DNA of 64,000 nt from IMG/VR virus record IMGVR_UViG_3300025679_000005; one strand, written 5' to 3'. Numbering within the stretch: position 1 is the stretch's first letter; each line of letters starts with the position of its first letter. The notes under the pieces were generated by a model. The model searched no databases. It saw only the letters and a program-made list of their open reading frames with translations, and was not told where the DNA came from. Of this stretch, positions 27,319 through 36,172 are shown one piece after another. A program made the translations under genes and the position numbers. The DNA comes from a virus. Its lineage: Duplodnaviria; Caudoviricetes.

Positions 27319-27588
27319 ATGGAATTTAGAGCGGAGGCTAATCTGCCTGAGGAAGAACTGCTGGAGATCGGCACGTACCTGGGCGGGATACTCGCAAGCG
27401 AGTTGAGGCTCCAGCCATCGGAGGTGGTGGTCAGGGTTGAGATGAAAGAATCCCCCGACGATTCGGAGAACATCGATATCTATTATCGCATCACCATCAA
27501 AAATCGCACCCCCAATGAGTTGGAGATGTTTCAGGCTCAGCAACTATTCGAAAAACTGATGGGTTATGACGAGACGATGCTCAATTAA
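27319..27588 (+). CDS. Hypothetical acidic protein
   Basis: AGGAGG SD. Confidence 0.65.
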   Translation: MEFRAEANLPEEELLEIGTYLGGILASELRLQPSEVVVRVEMKESPDDSENIDIYYRITIKNRTPNELEMFQAQQLFEKLMGYDETMLN

Positions 27589-27608
27589 GTGCTAGACTAC
27601 CTACCCCA

Positions 27609-28802
27609 ATGATCCGTTCCTTTCGTTACCAACTGCATCCAACGAGGGGTCAGGAAGCGACCATGAGGGGCTGGCTTCTCACATGCGGCAGTCTTTACAA
27701 TGGAGCCCTGGAAGAGAAGAAGTCCTCGTGGGTCAGGCTCAAAAAGGGCGTTTCCTACAATGATCAGACCCGGTCACTGACTCTCATCAGATCTCAGGAT
27801 CCTGCTTTTGAAGTGATCCCAATGATGGTGCTGAGATCAGCGCTTAAGCGACTTGAACCGCGGGAAGCCTGGTGTTTCGCCAGACTTTAGGCGTCGGAAG
27901 AATCCGTCGAAGGAGCGATCAAAGGTAGCAAGAGGTATGATTCATTTTCGTTGATGAGATCCTCTAAAGTACTCCCCAAGATCAAAGAACGCTCAGCCCA
28001 AGTCAAAATCCCCAAATTGGGTTTGGTGAATTTCAATCAGTACCGCCCTCACAAGGGAACGATCAAGGACATCCTCGTCAAGCGAGAAGGGGATCGCTGG
28101 TTCGTGATTTTCCAGTGCGATTTGGGAACCTCCCCAGAGACCGTTGTCGACTCCACGAAGTCCGTCGGTATCGACCTGGGACTCACCCATTTCGCGACTC
28201 TGGATTCCGGTGAGACGATCGAGAACCCCAGGTTCTTCAAGGCGGGGCAGGAACTTCTGGCTCGGCGGCAGCGTGCCCTGCAACGCAAGCGCAAGGGCAG
28301 TTCTAGTCGGAAGCGGGCCAAAATCCTTGTCCAGAGGGCTCACGCTCACATCAAGAATCAGCGATTAGATCACGCTAGGAAGCTGGCAAAGTCACTCTTC
28401 AGTCGGTTTGACGTTGTCTGTTACGAAGACCTCACGATCCAGTCAATGATCGAAGGTTCTTATCTAGCGAAATCAATCGTAGATGCGTCCTGGTCAATTA
28501 CAATCCACTGCCTAAAGTGCAAAGCGGAAGAAGCTGGCAAATTAGCGGTAGGGGTAGATCCAAGAGGGACCACACAGAGGTGTCATGCCTGCGGAACCGT
28601 TGTCCCCAAGGGACTCCGTGACCGCGTCCATGATTGCCCAGAGTGCGGCCTCATCATGGATCGTGACCAGAATGCAGGATGTAACATCAAAGCGCTCGGT
28701 TTGAGCGTGGTCAGTGGTCGATTTGACCAGCCGAAGTCCATAGGATCCTCAGATTTTATGGGCAAAACCCGGACACGAACCTGCTCAAAGACAGCAGGTT
28801 AA
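27609..28802 (+). pseudogene. tnpB: TnpB copy 2, interrupted by a 62-bp internal inversion (27857-27918)
   Basis: Flipping the segment restores KRLDRSFDGFFRRLKSGETPGFPRFKGSKRY in frame; RuvC D/E/D intact. Confidence 0.92.
28689..28790 (+). ncRNA. Predicted omega-RNA 3' scaffold and guide, copy 2
   Basis: Ends GGGCAAAACC at 28769. Confidence 0.65.
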
Positions 28803-29110
28803 TTAAGGCTGTTGGCGTATTGGGGGTAAGCTCCCTTGGCTTCCAAGATCGCCCGCTCTTCCGCCGTGAACAAGTTGGCTGGGATGATTCGTCGAACGAA
28901 CTCATCTGCGGCCAGCCTACCCTCTTGAAAAAGCGTAGCGGCCTCGTGGAATCTATCCCAGACGGCCTTTTGCTTGTCGTCAGGCAACTGTTCGACCACT
29001 TTGCTGATGGATTCCATCACGTCTGACGCATCTGACGCATTTGACGCATTCGAGCTGGGGATCATTTGTTCTTTCGAGCTTGCAGGGTCATGCGCTGGAC
29101 AGCTAGACAT
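28799..29110 (-). CDS. Hypothetical protein
   Basis: ORF track; short 9-bp tandem repeats (SNASNASDASD). Confidence 0.5.
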   Translation of the reverse strand: MSSCPAHDPASSKEQMIPSSNASNASDASDVMESISKVVEQLPDDKQKAVWDRFHEAATLFQEGRLAADEFVRRIIPANLFTAEERAILEAKGAYPQYANSLN

Positions 29111-29364
29111 TCGTTCACTAGAGACTTAGCGGCCTCATCCACGGGGCCGACGTTGCCCGAAGTGATACCGCGCTCTAAGAGGTTCACGAGCTTGGTTGAA
29201 AGTTCTCGCACTCTGGAGGCCTTCTGTAGACTCTCTTGCGATGGCATTGACTTGGCTGTGTGGGAGGCGCCTGCGAGAATGCTTGAGGCGGTTTCGAAGC
29301 TTTTTCTAGCTTCGACCGCATCTAGAGCCGCAGGGAATGCGCTAACGCTGTGACGGCGACTCAT
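29062..29364 (-). CDS. Hypothetical protein
   Basis: ORF track. Confidence 0.5.
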   Translation of the reverse strand: MSRRHSVSAFPAALDAVEARKSFETASSILAGASHTAKSMPSQESLQKASRVRELSTKLVNLLERGITSGNVGPVDEAAKSLVNECLAVQRMTLQARKNK

Positions 29365-29615
29365 GGGAAAGGCCTTTTAGTTGTTGTGACGGGCATGTCC
29401 TCTGATACGGCCAAGTCTATGGAAGACTTAAGCGAATGTTTCGGGAAAGTCCGTTCGACCTGACCTCGATGCTCAACACAGGTAGGGCAATTCACCTCAT
29501 GGGCGTTTAGCGTATCCTCAAAGGACAGCCATTTATGACCGTTCGGCCATTCCGCAGGGACTCCAGGCATCCCGCAGTAGGACCTACCATGCCTGAGAAT
29601 GTGAACGACGGTCAT
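29361..29615 (-). CDS. Hypothetical protein
   Basis: ATG 9 nt after minus-strand GGTGTA. Confidence 0.6.
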   Translation of the reverse strand: MTVVHILRHGRSYCGMPGVPAEWPNGHKWLSFEDTLNAHEVNCPTCVEHRGQVERTFPKHSLKSSIDLAVSEDMPVTTTKRPFP

Positions 29616-29650
29616 GTTTGGAACTACACCGGAAAGGGTGTAGTATCCCC

Positions 29651-29837
29651 CATGGATGAAGAAGCAGCTCTTGCCTGGGGACAGGACTACGCCGATCCCT
29701 GCAGCCCCAACCCGTTGATCGCAATCGCCTCGGGCGTAGCCCTTCTGATTGGAGGCGTGTTCTTCCTCCTAGGGTTGGGAGTATTCATGGTCCTGGACCA
29801 AGGGAAGCTTTTGTTAGGTGCCAAAAACCGCCAGTAG
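29651..29837 (+). CDS. Small membrane protein
   Basis: ATG 8 nt after GGTGTA; C-terminal TM segment. Confidence 0.5.
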
Positions 29838-29963
29838 TCCCAAGATGAAGAGTGCTACCATGAACCCGTGCCAGAAGCCGTCCTTATAATTTTCCATGAG
29901 TGAAAGGCTAACGCCCACTGTTGCAAGAGGCAAATTTATAGAGTACAGTGAGTCCCCATTTCT

Positions 29964-31152
29964 ATGGATCGTTCCTACCGATACCCCCTGCATCCGACGA
30001 AGGGCCAGGAAGCGACCTTGCTTCACTGGCTTCGCGTGTGCTGTAGTCTCTACAACGGGGCTCTAGAAGAACGTAGGGGTTCTTGGAGTCGACTCAAAAA
30101 AGGGAATTACCTACGTTGATCAATCAAAGTCCTTGACCACCATTCGCGGGCAAGACCCTGAATTCGAAGCTATCCCCGCTTCTATCCTGAGGTCTCCTTT
30201 GAAACGCTTGGATCACTCCTACAAGGCATTTTTCCGCCGCGTGCAGTCTGAGGAAACGCCTGGCTTCCCACGGTTCAAGAGCAGCAAGCGTTACAACTCT
30301 TTCTCGCTAATGATATCAGCCTCTAAGGTCGTCCCAAAGACCGAAGGATCATCAGCCTTAGTGAGAGTCCCAAAATTAGGTCTTGTTAAGTTCAATCAGT
30401 ATCGACCACATCTTGGGAAGATCAGAAATACCGTTGTCAAGCATGAGGCCGGTAAATGGTTCGTGATCTTCCAGTGCGATTTGGGAACCTCCCCAGAGAC
30501 CGTTGTCGACTCCACGAAGTCCGTCGGTATTGACCTAGGGCTCACCCACTTCGCGACATTAGACTCCGGTGAGACGGTCGAGAACCCCAGGTTCTTCAAG
30601 GCGGGACAAGAGACCCTTGCGAAGCGCCAACGCAAGCTATCGCGTAAGCGCAGAGGCAGCAGGTCTAGACAACGGGCTAAGACCCTCGTTCAAAGAGCCC
30701 ACCTTCATATCAAGAATCAGAGGTTAGATCACGCTAGGAAGCTGGCAAAGTTTCTCTTCAGTCGGTTCGATGTGGTCTGTTACGAGAACCTTCAGATAGC
30801 AAACATGATTCAGGGAAACCTGAGCAAGGCAATCTCGGATGCGGGTTGGTCTATACTCCTCAAGTGCCTAAGATGCAAAGCTGAGAATGCTGGCAAACTG
30901 GCAATTGGGGTTGATCCAAGGGGAACCACACAGAGGTGCCATGGGTGCGGGGAGATCGTCCCCAAGGGACTTCGGGTCCGCGTCCACAATTGCCCTTTCT
31001 GTGGTCTCGTCATGGACAGAGATCAGAACGCTGCCCTAAATATCAAAGCGCTCGGTTTGAGCGCGGTCAACGGCCTGCAAGGCCAGCCGAAGCTTAAGCT
31101 AGAAGTTTTAAGCAAAACCTCAGAAACCTTCTTTGTAGCGGATCCTTTGTGA
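29964..31152 (+). pseudogene. tnpB: TnpB copy 3, frameshifted by one extra base in an A6G3 tract (30096-30104)
   Basis: N-terminus MDRSYRYPLHPT stops at TGA 30117; remainder in +1 frame with intact RuvC motifs. Confidence 0.9.
31045..31140 (+). ncRNA. Predicted omega-RNA 3' scaffold and guide, copy 3
   Basis: Ends AAGCAAAACC at 31119. Confidence 0.65.
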
Positions 31153-31415
31153 TCCAATACTTCGGTTGGGCGGCCGCTACGCTATTCACGATTGCCTCAG
31201 GGCTTCAGGTCATCAAAGTATGGCGAGAAGGCCAGGCCAAGGGGATGTCCTGGTGGTATCTCCTTCTAGTCTGGACGGGCTTTTGGCTCATGGGTGCGTA
31301 CACCATCCACACCAAAGTAGGCAGTGCTCTGATCTACAGCTACGGCCTCCAACTAGTCGCTTTCACGGTCATGATCGTTCGAAAGCTATTCCCCACTGCC
31401 GGAGTTGGTGTATAA
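31149..31415 (+). CDS. PQ-loop/SemiSWEET-like small membrane protein
   Basis: 3 TM segments; LQVIKVWREGQAKGMS pattern. Confidence 0.65.
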   Translation: MIQYFGWAAATLFTIASGLQVIKVWREGQAKGMSWWYLLLVWTGFWLMGAYTIHTKVGSALIYSYGLQLVAFTVMIVRKLFPTAGVGV

Positions 31416-31420
31416 TCCCT

Positions 31421-31442
31421 TGATTGCTCAGTACGCTGAGAC
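31421..31442 (+). promoter_or_regulatory. 22-nt 5' leader hairpin element, copy 2 (RRM gene leader)
   Basis: Identical sequence, 8 nt after GGTGTA. Confidence 0.75.
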
Positions 31443-31485
31443 AGCTGGATGATGCCCCCAGCAAAGAGAAAGCAAGTAAGTCAGA

Positions 31486-31929
31486 ATGGGAAACAGATTG
31501 TTCGTAGGAAACCTCTCGTACAACACGAATGAGGCTAGTTTGTCGGAGATCTTCGCCAAGTGTGGGTCGATCACCAGCACCAAAATCATCACGGATCGTG
31601 AGACCGGTCAGAGCCGCGGATTCGGCTTCGTCGAGTTCGCTACCGACTCGGAAGCTGCCGGCGCCATGGAGTCCCTGAACGGGGCCCTCTTGGATGGCCG
31701 TCCCCTGGCCGTCAAGGAGGCAGAAGCCCGTCCCCCGCGCCAAAGTGGCGGTGGTGGTGGCTACACCAGCAGGCCGTCCAGTGGTGGCTACTCCAGTGGT
31801 GGCTACTCCAGTGGTGGCGGTGGTTATGCAGCCTCCCCTCCTCCCGAGCTGCCTCCAACCGGTGGCCGCAACAAGGGTGGCGGTGGCAAGCAGCGTCGTG
31901 ACCGTGATCGCAGTGACCGCGACTACTGA
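31486..31929 (+). CDS. RRM RNA-binding protein with Gly-rich tail
   Basis: RNP2 LFVGNL, RNP1 RGFGFVEF; SSGGY repeats. Confidence 0.95.
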   Translation: MGNRLFVGNLSYNTNEASLSEIFAKCGSITSTKIITDRETGQSRGFGFVEFATDSEAAGAMESLNGALLDGRPLAVKEAEARPPRQSGGGGGYTSRPSSGGYSSGGYSSGGGGYAASPPPELPPTGGRNKGGGGKQRRDRDRSDRDY

Positions 31930-31948
31930 TCACGTAGTCGAGTAGCAG

Positions 31949-31979
31949 AAAAGGGCTGGCAGAGGATGCTAGCCCTTTT
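31949..31979 (+). terminator. Intrinsic terminator
   Basis: AAAAGGGCTGGCA/TGCTAGCCCTTTT. Confidence 0.75.
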
Positions 31980-32003
31980 GCTTTTGTGGTGTAGGATCCT
32001 GCC

Positions 32004-32279
32004 ATGAGCCTCAAGAAGCTGTGGGATACGGTTGGTGACGCCCTCGACGAATTTGTGGAAGAAGTTCTAGAGGACATCGTCCCTACGATTGAAGCGGCCA
32101 AAGACGAACGCTCCGGAGTGGTCAAGGAGCTAGCTGTCTTGACCACTGACAGCCCTGAGGTCATCGAGCGACGGGCACTGGGGATCTACCTCAGTATCGT
32201 CAAACACATCAAGGGTGGTGGCTCCGTCAAATTCTTGGACGCCAAAGGCGTGCGGACCCTCAAGGTCCCTCTGCGGTGA
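32004..32279 (+). CDS. Hypothetical protein
   Basis: ATG 10 nt after GGTGTA. Confidence 0.6.
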   Translation: MSLKKLWDTVGDALDEFVEEVLEDIVPTIEAAKDERSGVVKELAVLTTDSPEVIERRALGIYLSIVKHIKGGGSVKFLDAKGVRTLKVPLR

Positions 32280-32470
32280 TCTTCTGGGAAGAAACCCGAA
32301 AGGAGTCGGGACACTTCGAGAAGTTTTACCGTCGAAACGGGAGCTTCATCTTCGACTTCAGTCGATGGATTTGGTTCCAGCAACGAGGGGACTTCAGTCT
32401 AGGAGCTTGTGCTACTCCCTACGAGCACCCTGAGTTCTGGGCTGGGGTTTTTGGTATTGAATTGGTGTAA
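32276..32470 (+). CDS. Hypothetical protein
   Basis: Coupled GTG; ends in class B motif. Confidence 0.5.
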   Translation: MIFWEETRKESGHFEKFYRRNGSFIFDFSRWIWFQQRGDFSLGACATPYEHPEFWAGVFGIELV

Positions 32471-32479
32471 GAAGCGTAC

Positions 32480-32569
32480 TGATTGCTCAGTACGCTGAGA
32501 CTACGACCTGTCTATTACTGACGGACAGGCTCAAAAAGACCGATGAGAACAGCTCTCATCGGTCTTTTT
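32480..32569 (+). ncRNA. Promoter-to-terminator small RNA carrying 22-nt element copy 3
   Basis: GGTGTA 32464; hairpins 32486-32499 and 32507-32529; 16-bp terminator 32533-32569; no ORF. Confidence 0.6.
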
Positions 32570-32596
32570 CGTTGGTGTATGATACTATCCGCCGCT

Positions 32597-33442
32597 ATGC
32601 CCAGAATTGCTTGGAGTACAGACACCCACCTCAACTTCCTGCACTACCCGAAGGCCCCCAAGGCCTTCGGGGAGTATCTGGCAGCGGAGCAGCCTTTCGA
32701 CAGCATGATCTTGACTGGGGATATCTCAGAAGGTCCAGAGGTGGTCTATCACGTCAAGCAAGTACAGGAAGGGTTCGTCAAGCCCGTGTACTTCATAATG
32801 GGCAACCACGATTACTACATGAGTTCCTTCGCTGAGGTTGATATGGCCATGGCAAAGGTGCCTGGCTGGCTCACCAAGAGCGGGGTCGTGGAAATAGACC
32901 CAGGTGTAGCCCTCGTTGGCCACGAGGGCTGGTACGACGCTGAGTACGGTCACGCTTACGCCAGGTTCAATATGGCGGATTGGTCTCTCATCGGGGAGCT
33001 GAAAAGTTACATCTCAAGAGACGACCTCTTGGCCAAGATCCGAGCTAAAGCCCAGCTCGCTGCTAAGGCAGCTCGCCCTATTTTGGAAGCGGCGATCAAA
33101 GACCATGAACTAGTCTTGTTCGCCACGCACTTCCCGCCCTTCAAAGGTGCCTGCTGGCACGAAGGCGGCCTCAGTAACGACAACTACCTCCCGTGGTTCT
33201 CTTCGAAGGCTATGGGAGATATCCTCCTGGAAGTGGCTTCAGCCAATCCCACGAAGCGGATTCTAGTTCTGTGTGGACACACCCACAGCTTCGGGATCTA
33301 TGACGCAGCCCCCAACCTCAAGGTCTTGACGGGGAAGGCCAAGTACGGTTCGCCTGACCTCACAGGCGTCTTGGAGATTGCGGACACCAAAGTCTTGATC
33401 CGGATGAAAGACTCCAGCTGGGCGGACAGGGGCATTTTCTGA
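32597..33442 (+). CDS. Calcineurin-like metallophosphoesterase (Icc/CpdA-like)
   Basis: DTH, GDISE, GNHD, H.PP, GHTH motifs. Confidence 0.9.
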   Translation: MPRIAWSTDTHLNFLHYPKAPKAFGEYLAAEQPFDSMILTGDISEGPEVVYHVKQVQEGFVKPVYFIMGNHDYYMSSFAEVDMAMAKVPGWLTKSGVVEIDPGVALVGHEGWYDAEYGHAYARFNMADWSLIGELKSYISRDDLLAKIRAKAQLAAKAARPILEAAIKDHELVLFATHFPPFKGACWHEGGLSNDNYLPWFSSKAMGDILLEVASANPTKRILVLCGHTHSFGIYDAAPNLKVLTGKAKYGSPDLTGVLEIADTKVLIRMKDSSWADRGIF

Positions 33443-33447
33443 GACCG

Positions 33448-33714
33448 TTGTCCGAAAAGCCGTTCGAGATCGCTTACCGACGTTGGAAACACATAGAGTC
33501 CGGTTACGTTGTCGAGGTCTTAGGGGTGCACCATTATACGGGTACTCACGGGCATTACGCCACAGTGACCGTGCGTGGGACCCGCCTGTCCAAAACCAAG
33601 GAAGCTTCCTGGTCAGCGAATAACTTTCTTCTGAAATTCAAACCTAGGGGCAAAAAGATCAAGTTCACATCGAAATGGGACCTTTTGGCTGACGACCCCT
33701 TATCCTCTATCTAA
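33448..33714 (+). CDS. Hypothetical protein with C-terminal SKWDLLADD tag
   Basis: ORF track. Confidence 0.55.
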   Translation: MSEKPFEIAYRRWKHIESGYVVEVLGVHHYTGTHGHYATVTVRGTRLSKTKEASWSANNFLLKFKPRGKKIKFTSKWDLLADDPLSSI

Positions 33715-33942
33715 GGCTAGACGTACCTTACCCTATGATTTTCGGCACCTTCATCATTGTCTTCGTAGTCGGACTGCTGTTCGCAACCCTACGGACTAAG
33801 GTGCCAAAGAGGGGCGCCCCGGAAAGCAAATCGCAGAACTAAAGAACTACGGGCAATTCCAGGGCGCTCCTAGGAGTATACACCGAATCCCGGGTTTTGC
33901 CAATCCACCATAAATAGATCTTGGGGTTGATAGAACATTAGG

Positions 33943-34278
33943 GTGCATCCCATTTGTAGGATGCCTTCATCTCTCTCAGACTACACGGGCGGGCAGACAG
34001 ATCTGCCTTTCATGGTTGAAATGACCAAAACCGTGATCTTGGCTGGATTACAACTCCAGGTCGAGACTACGATTGATCCTGCATCCCTTGCATACGACAC
34101 CGATTCCTTTGTCTGGGAAGAGGGGCAGATTGTCATGTCCCTCACTTTCAGGGACGGGTTCGGATGGGCACACGGGCGGCTCTACATTCAACCTAGCATC
34201 AGCGATGCCCACGATGTATGCTTCCTCGTAGATGCCGAGTTTCTAGGATACATTCCACGTAACGAGGGCCTAAACTGA
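33943..34278 (+). CDS. Hypothetical protein
   Basis: ORF track. Confidence 0.45.
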   Translation: MHPICRMPSSLSDYTGGQTDLPFMVEMTKTVILAGLQLQVETTIDPASLAYDTDSFVWEEGQIVMSLTFRDGFGWAHGRLYIQPSISDAHDVCFLVDAEFLGYIPRNEGLN

Positions 34279-34288
34279 CCGCCTGAAA

Positions 34289-34717
34289 ATGTCCACGCCA
34301 CTCCTCCTCATTGAACGCACTTCCGACACCCCGATACGTCCCAAAGATATCGACGGAGATAGTGCCTTTATCGGAGCGTTTGGTCAACGTGAGCAGGAGA
34401 CACTAGCCCTCTGGATTGTGCGTCTGTGCCAGGCCAGGAAGAGTTGGCGCCCGTTCAAAATAACGGATCTCGTGAACTACTACGCGATGCATTACGGGAT
34501 TGAAGCTAAGGACTTCGAGTACAGCCTGAGCTTTTTGACGAAGCAAGACTGGGTCGTGGTCGAGGGGGAAGTCGTCACCCTCACTATCCCCTTTGTTGCT
34601 CAATGCTACTTGCACGCTCCGATATTGAGGCTGCCTTTAAGAAAAAAGGTTCGTAAACCTAAAGTGATCGAGCGCATTAGCCGTTACGAACGGCTAATGA
34701 AAGGGTTTCTTCCATAG
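34289..34717 (+). CDS. Hypothetical protein; last codons supplied by convergent TnpB element end
   Basis: Overlaps element 4 right end (34704-34717). Confidence 0.6.
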   Translation: MSTPLLLIERTSDTPIRPKDIDGDSAFIGAFGQREQETLALWIVRLCQARKSWRPFKITDLVNYYAMHYGIEAKDFEYSLSFLTKQDWVVVEGEVVTLTIPFVAQCYLHAPILRLPLRKKVRKPKVIERISRYERLMKGFLP

Positions 34718-35856
34718 ACTCTGGAATTCGGCTGGGGCTTCATCCCCAAGACCGCGCTCAAACCGAGCGCTTTTATATTCAATGCAGCGTTCTGATCTCT
34801 GTCCATGACGAGACCACAGACAGGGCAGCTATGGACGCGGTCCCGAAGTCCCTTGGGGACGACGGACCCGCACGCATGACACCTCTGTGTGGTCCCTCTT
34901 GGATCTACCCCTACTGCTAACTTGCCAGCTTCTTCCGCTTTGCATTTTAGGCAGTGAATGGTGATTGACCAGGATGCATCTGTGATTGATTTGGCTAGAT
35001 ATGAGCCTTCGATCATCTGGGCTATTGAAAGGTCTTCGTAGCAGACGATGTCATTCAATTCGAAAAGACTCTTAGCGAGCTTCCTAGCGTGATCTAGGCG
35101 CTGATTCTTGATATGGGCGTGAGCCCGCTGGACTAGGATCTTAGCTCGCTTCCGACTGTTGCTGCCCCGGCGCTTGCGTTGCAGAGCGCGTTGGCGCCTG
35201 GCCAATAGATCCTGACCGGCCTTGAAGAAGCGAGGGTTCTCGATCGTTTCACCAGAATCGAGGGTGCTGAAATGAGCCAACCCGAGGTCGATACCGACGG
35301 ACTTCGTGGGGTCGACAACGACCTCGGGAGCGGCTCCGAGGTCACACTGAAAGATCACGAACCAGCGATTACCCTCTCTGCGAACTGAGATGTCCTTGAG
35401 CATTCCCTTGTGGGGGCGGTACTGGTTGAACTTGATTAGGCCTAACTTAGGGATTTTGACTCGGGCTGAATAGCCACTGGCCTTTGGGATCGGCTCAGAG
35501 AACTGTCCCATGAGCGAGAAAGAGTTATACCGTTTAGAGCTACGGAAGCGAGGGAATCCCGGCGTTTCGCCAGACTTTAGACGACGGAAGAATGCCTTGT
35601 AGGCGTGGTCAAGGCGCTTGAGAGGGGTCCTGAGGATAGTGGCTGGAATCGTCCTGAATTCAGGGTCTTGGGATCGAATGAGGGTCAGGGATTTCTGTTG
35701 ATCGTATCTGGTCAAACTTTTGCCGAATCTACGATAGCAGTTGATTCGCTCTTCCAACGCCCCGTTGTAGAGGCTACAACACAAGCGAAGCCAGTGTAGC
35801 AGAATTACTTCTTGGGTCTTCGTCGGATGCAGCGGGTATCGATAAGAACGGATCAT
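34684..35856 (-). CDS. tnpB: TnpB RNA-guided nuclease, copy 4 (intact)
   Basis: All RuvC and Zn-finger motifs; right end GGAAGAAACC at 34704. Confidence 0.95.
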   Translation of the reverse strand: MIRSYRYPLHPTKTQEVILLHWLRLCCSLYNGALEERINCYRRFGKSLTRYDQQKSLTLIRSQDPEFRTIPATILRTPLKRLDHAYKAFFRRLKSGETPGFPRFRSSKRYNSFSLMGQFSEPIPKASGYSARVKIPKLGLIKFNQYRPHKGMLKDISVRREGNRWFVIFQCDLGAAPEVVVDPTKSVGIDLGLAHFSTLDSGETIENPRFFKAGQDLLARRQRALQRKRRGSNSRKRAKILVQRAHAHIKNQRLDHARKLAKSLFELNDIVCYEDLSIAQMIEGSYLAKSITDASWSITIHCLKCKAEEAGKLAVGVDPRGTTQRCHACGSVVPKGLRDRVHSCPVCGLVMDRDQNAALNIKALGLSAVLGMKPQPNSRVYGRNPFISRS

Positions 35857-35890
35857 CTAAGATGGTGTAGTATCTCAGAAAATTACCCTA

Positions 35891-36142
35891 ATGTCCATGT
35901 ATCTGATCACACTGACGGTTTTCGCCACTTGGCTCATCTTCAAAGCCAACCAAGTCTCCCGCAGAATACCTACCTGTCGGTATCGAGACCTTGGGGATTT
36001 CATCTGGGCCGCTGAGGCCTACACGGGCGGTTACTTTGCTATCGCTCTGTTGGGAGTCTTTTTTGGGCCATGGGGCCTGGCGATGATGGCCTGGATTCTA
36101 GGCTATGCTCTGCTTTGCCGGATTCGGGGAGCATCGACTTAA
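35891..36142 (+). CDS. Small membrane protein
   Basis: Three hydrophobic segments. Confidence 0.55.
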   Translation: MSMYLITLTVFATWLIFKANQVSRRIPTCRYRDLGDFIWAAEAYTGGYFAIALLGVFFGPWGLAMMAWILGYALLCRIRGAST

Positions 36143-36166
36143 TTTCTTCGAGGTCGATCCGTTCTA
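36139..36166 (+). promoter_or_regulatory. Class A promoter (TTAATTT variant)
   Basis: ATG at 36173. Confidence 0.75.
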
Positions 36167-36172
36167 TAGGAC

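Noticed and set aside
31770-31815. 15-bp tandem repeats and 9-bp repeats at 29021-29050
   Set aside because: Simple coding repeats (SSGGY, SNA/SDA) in low-complexity protein tails.
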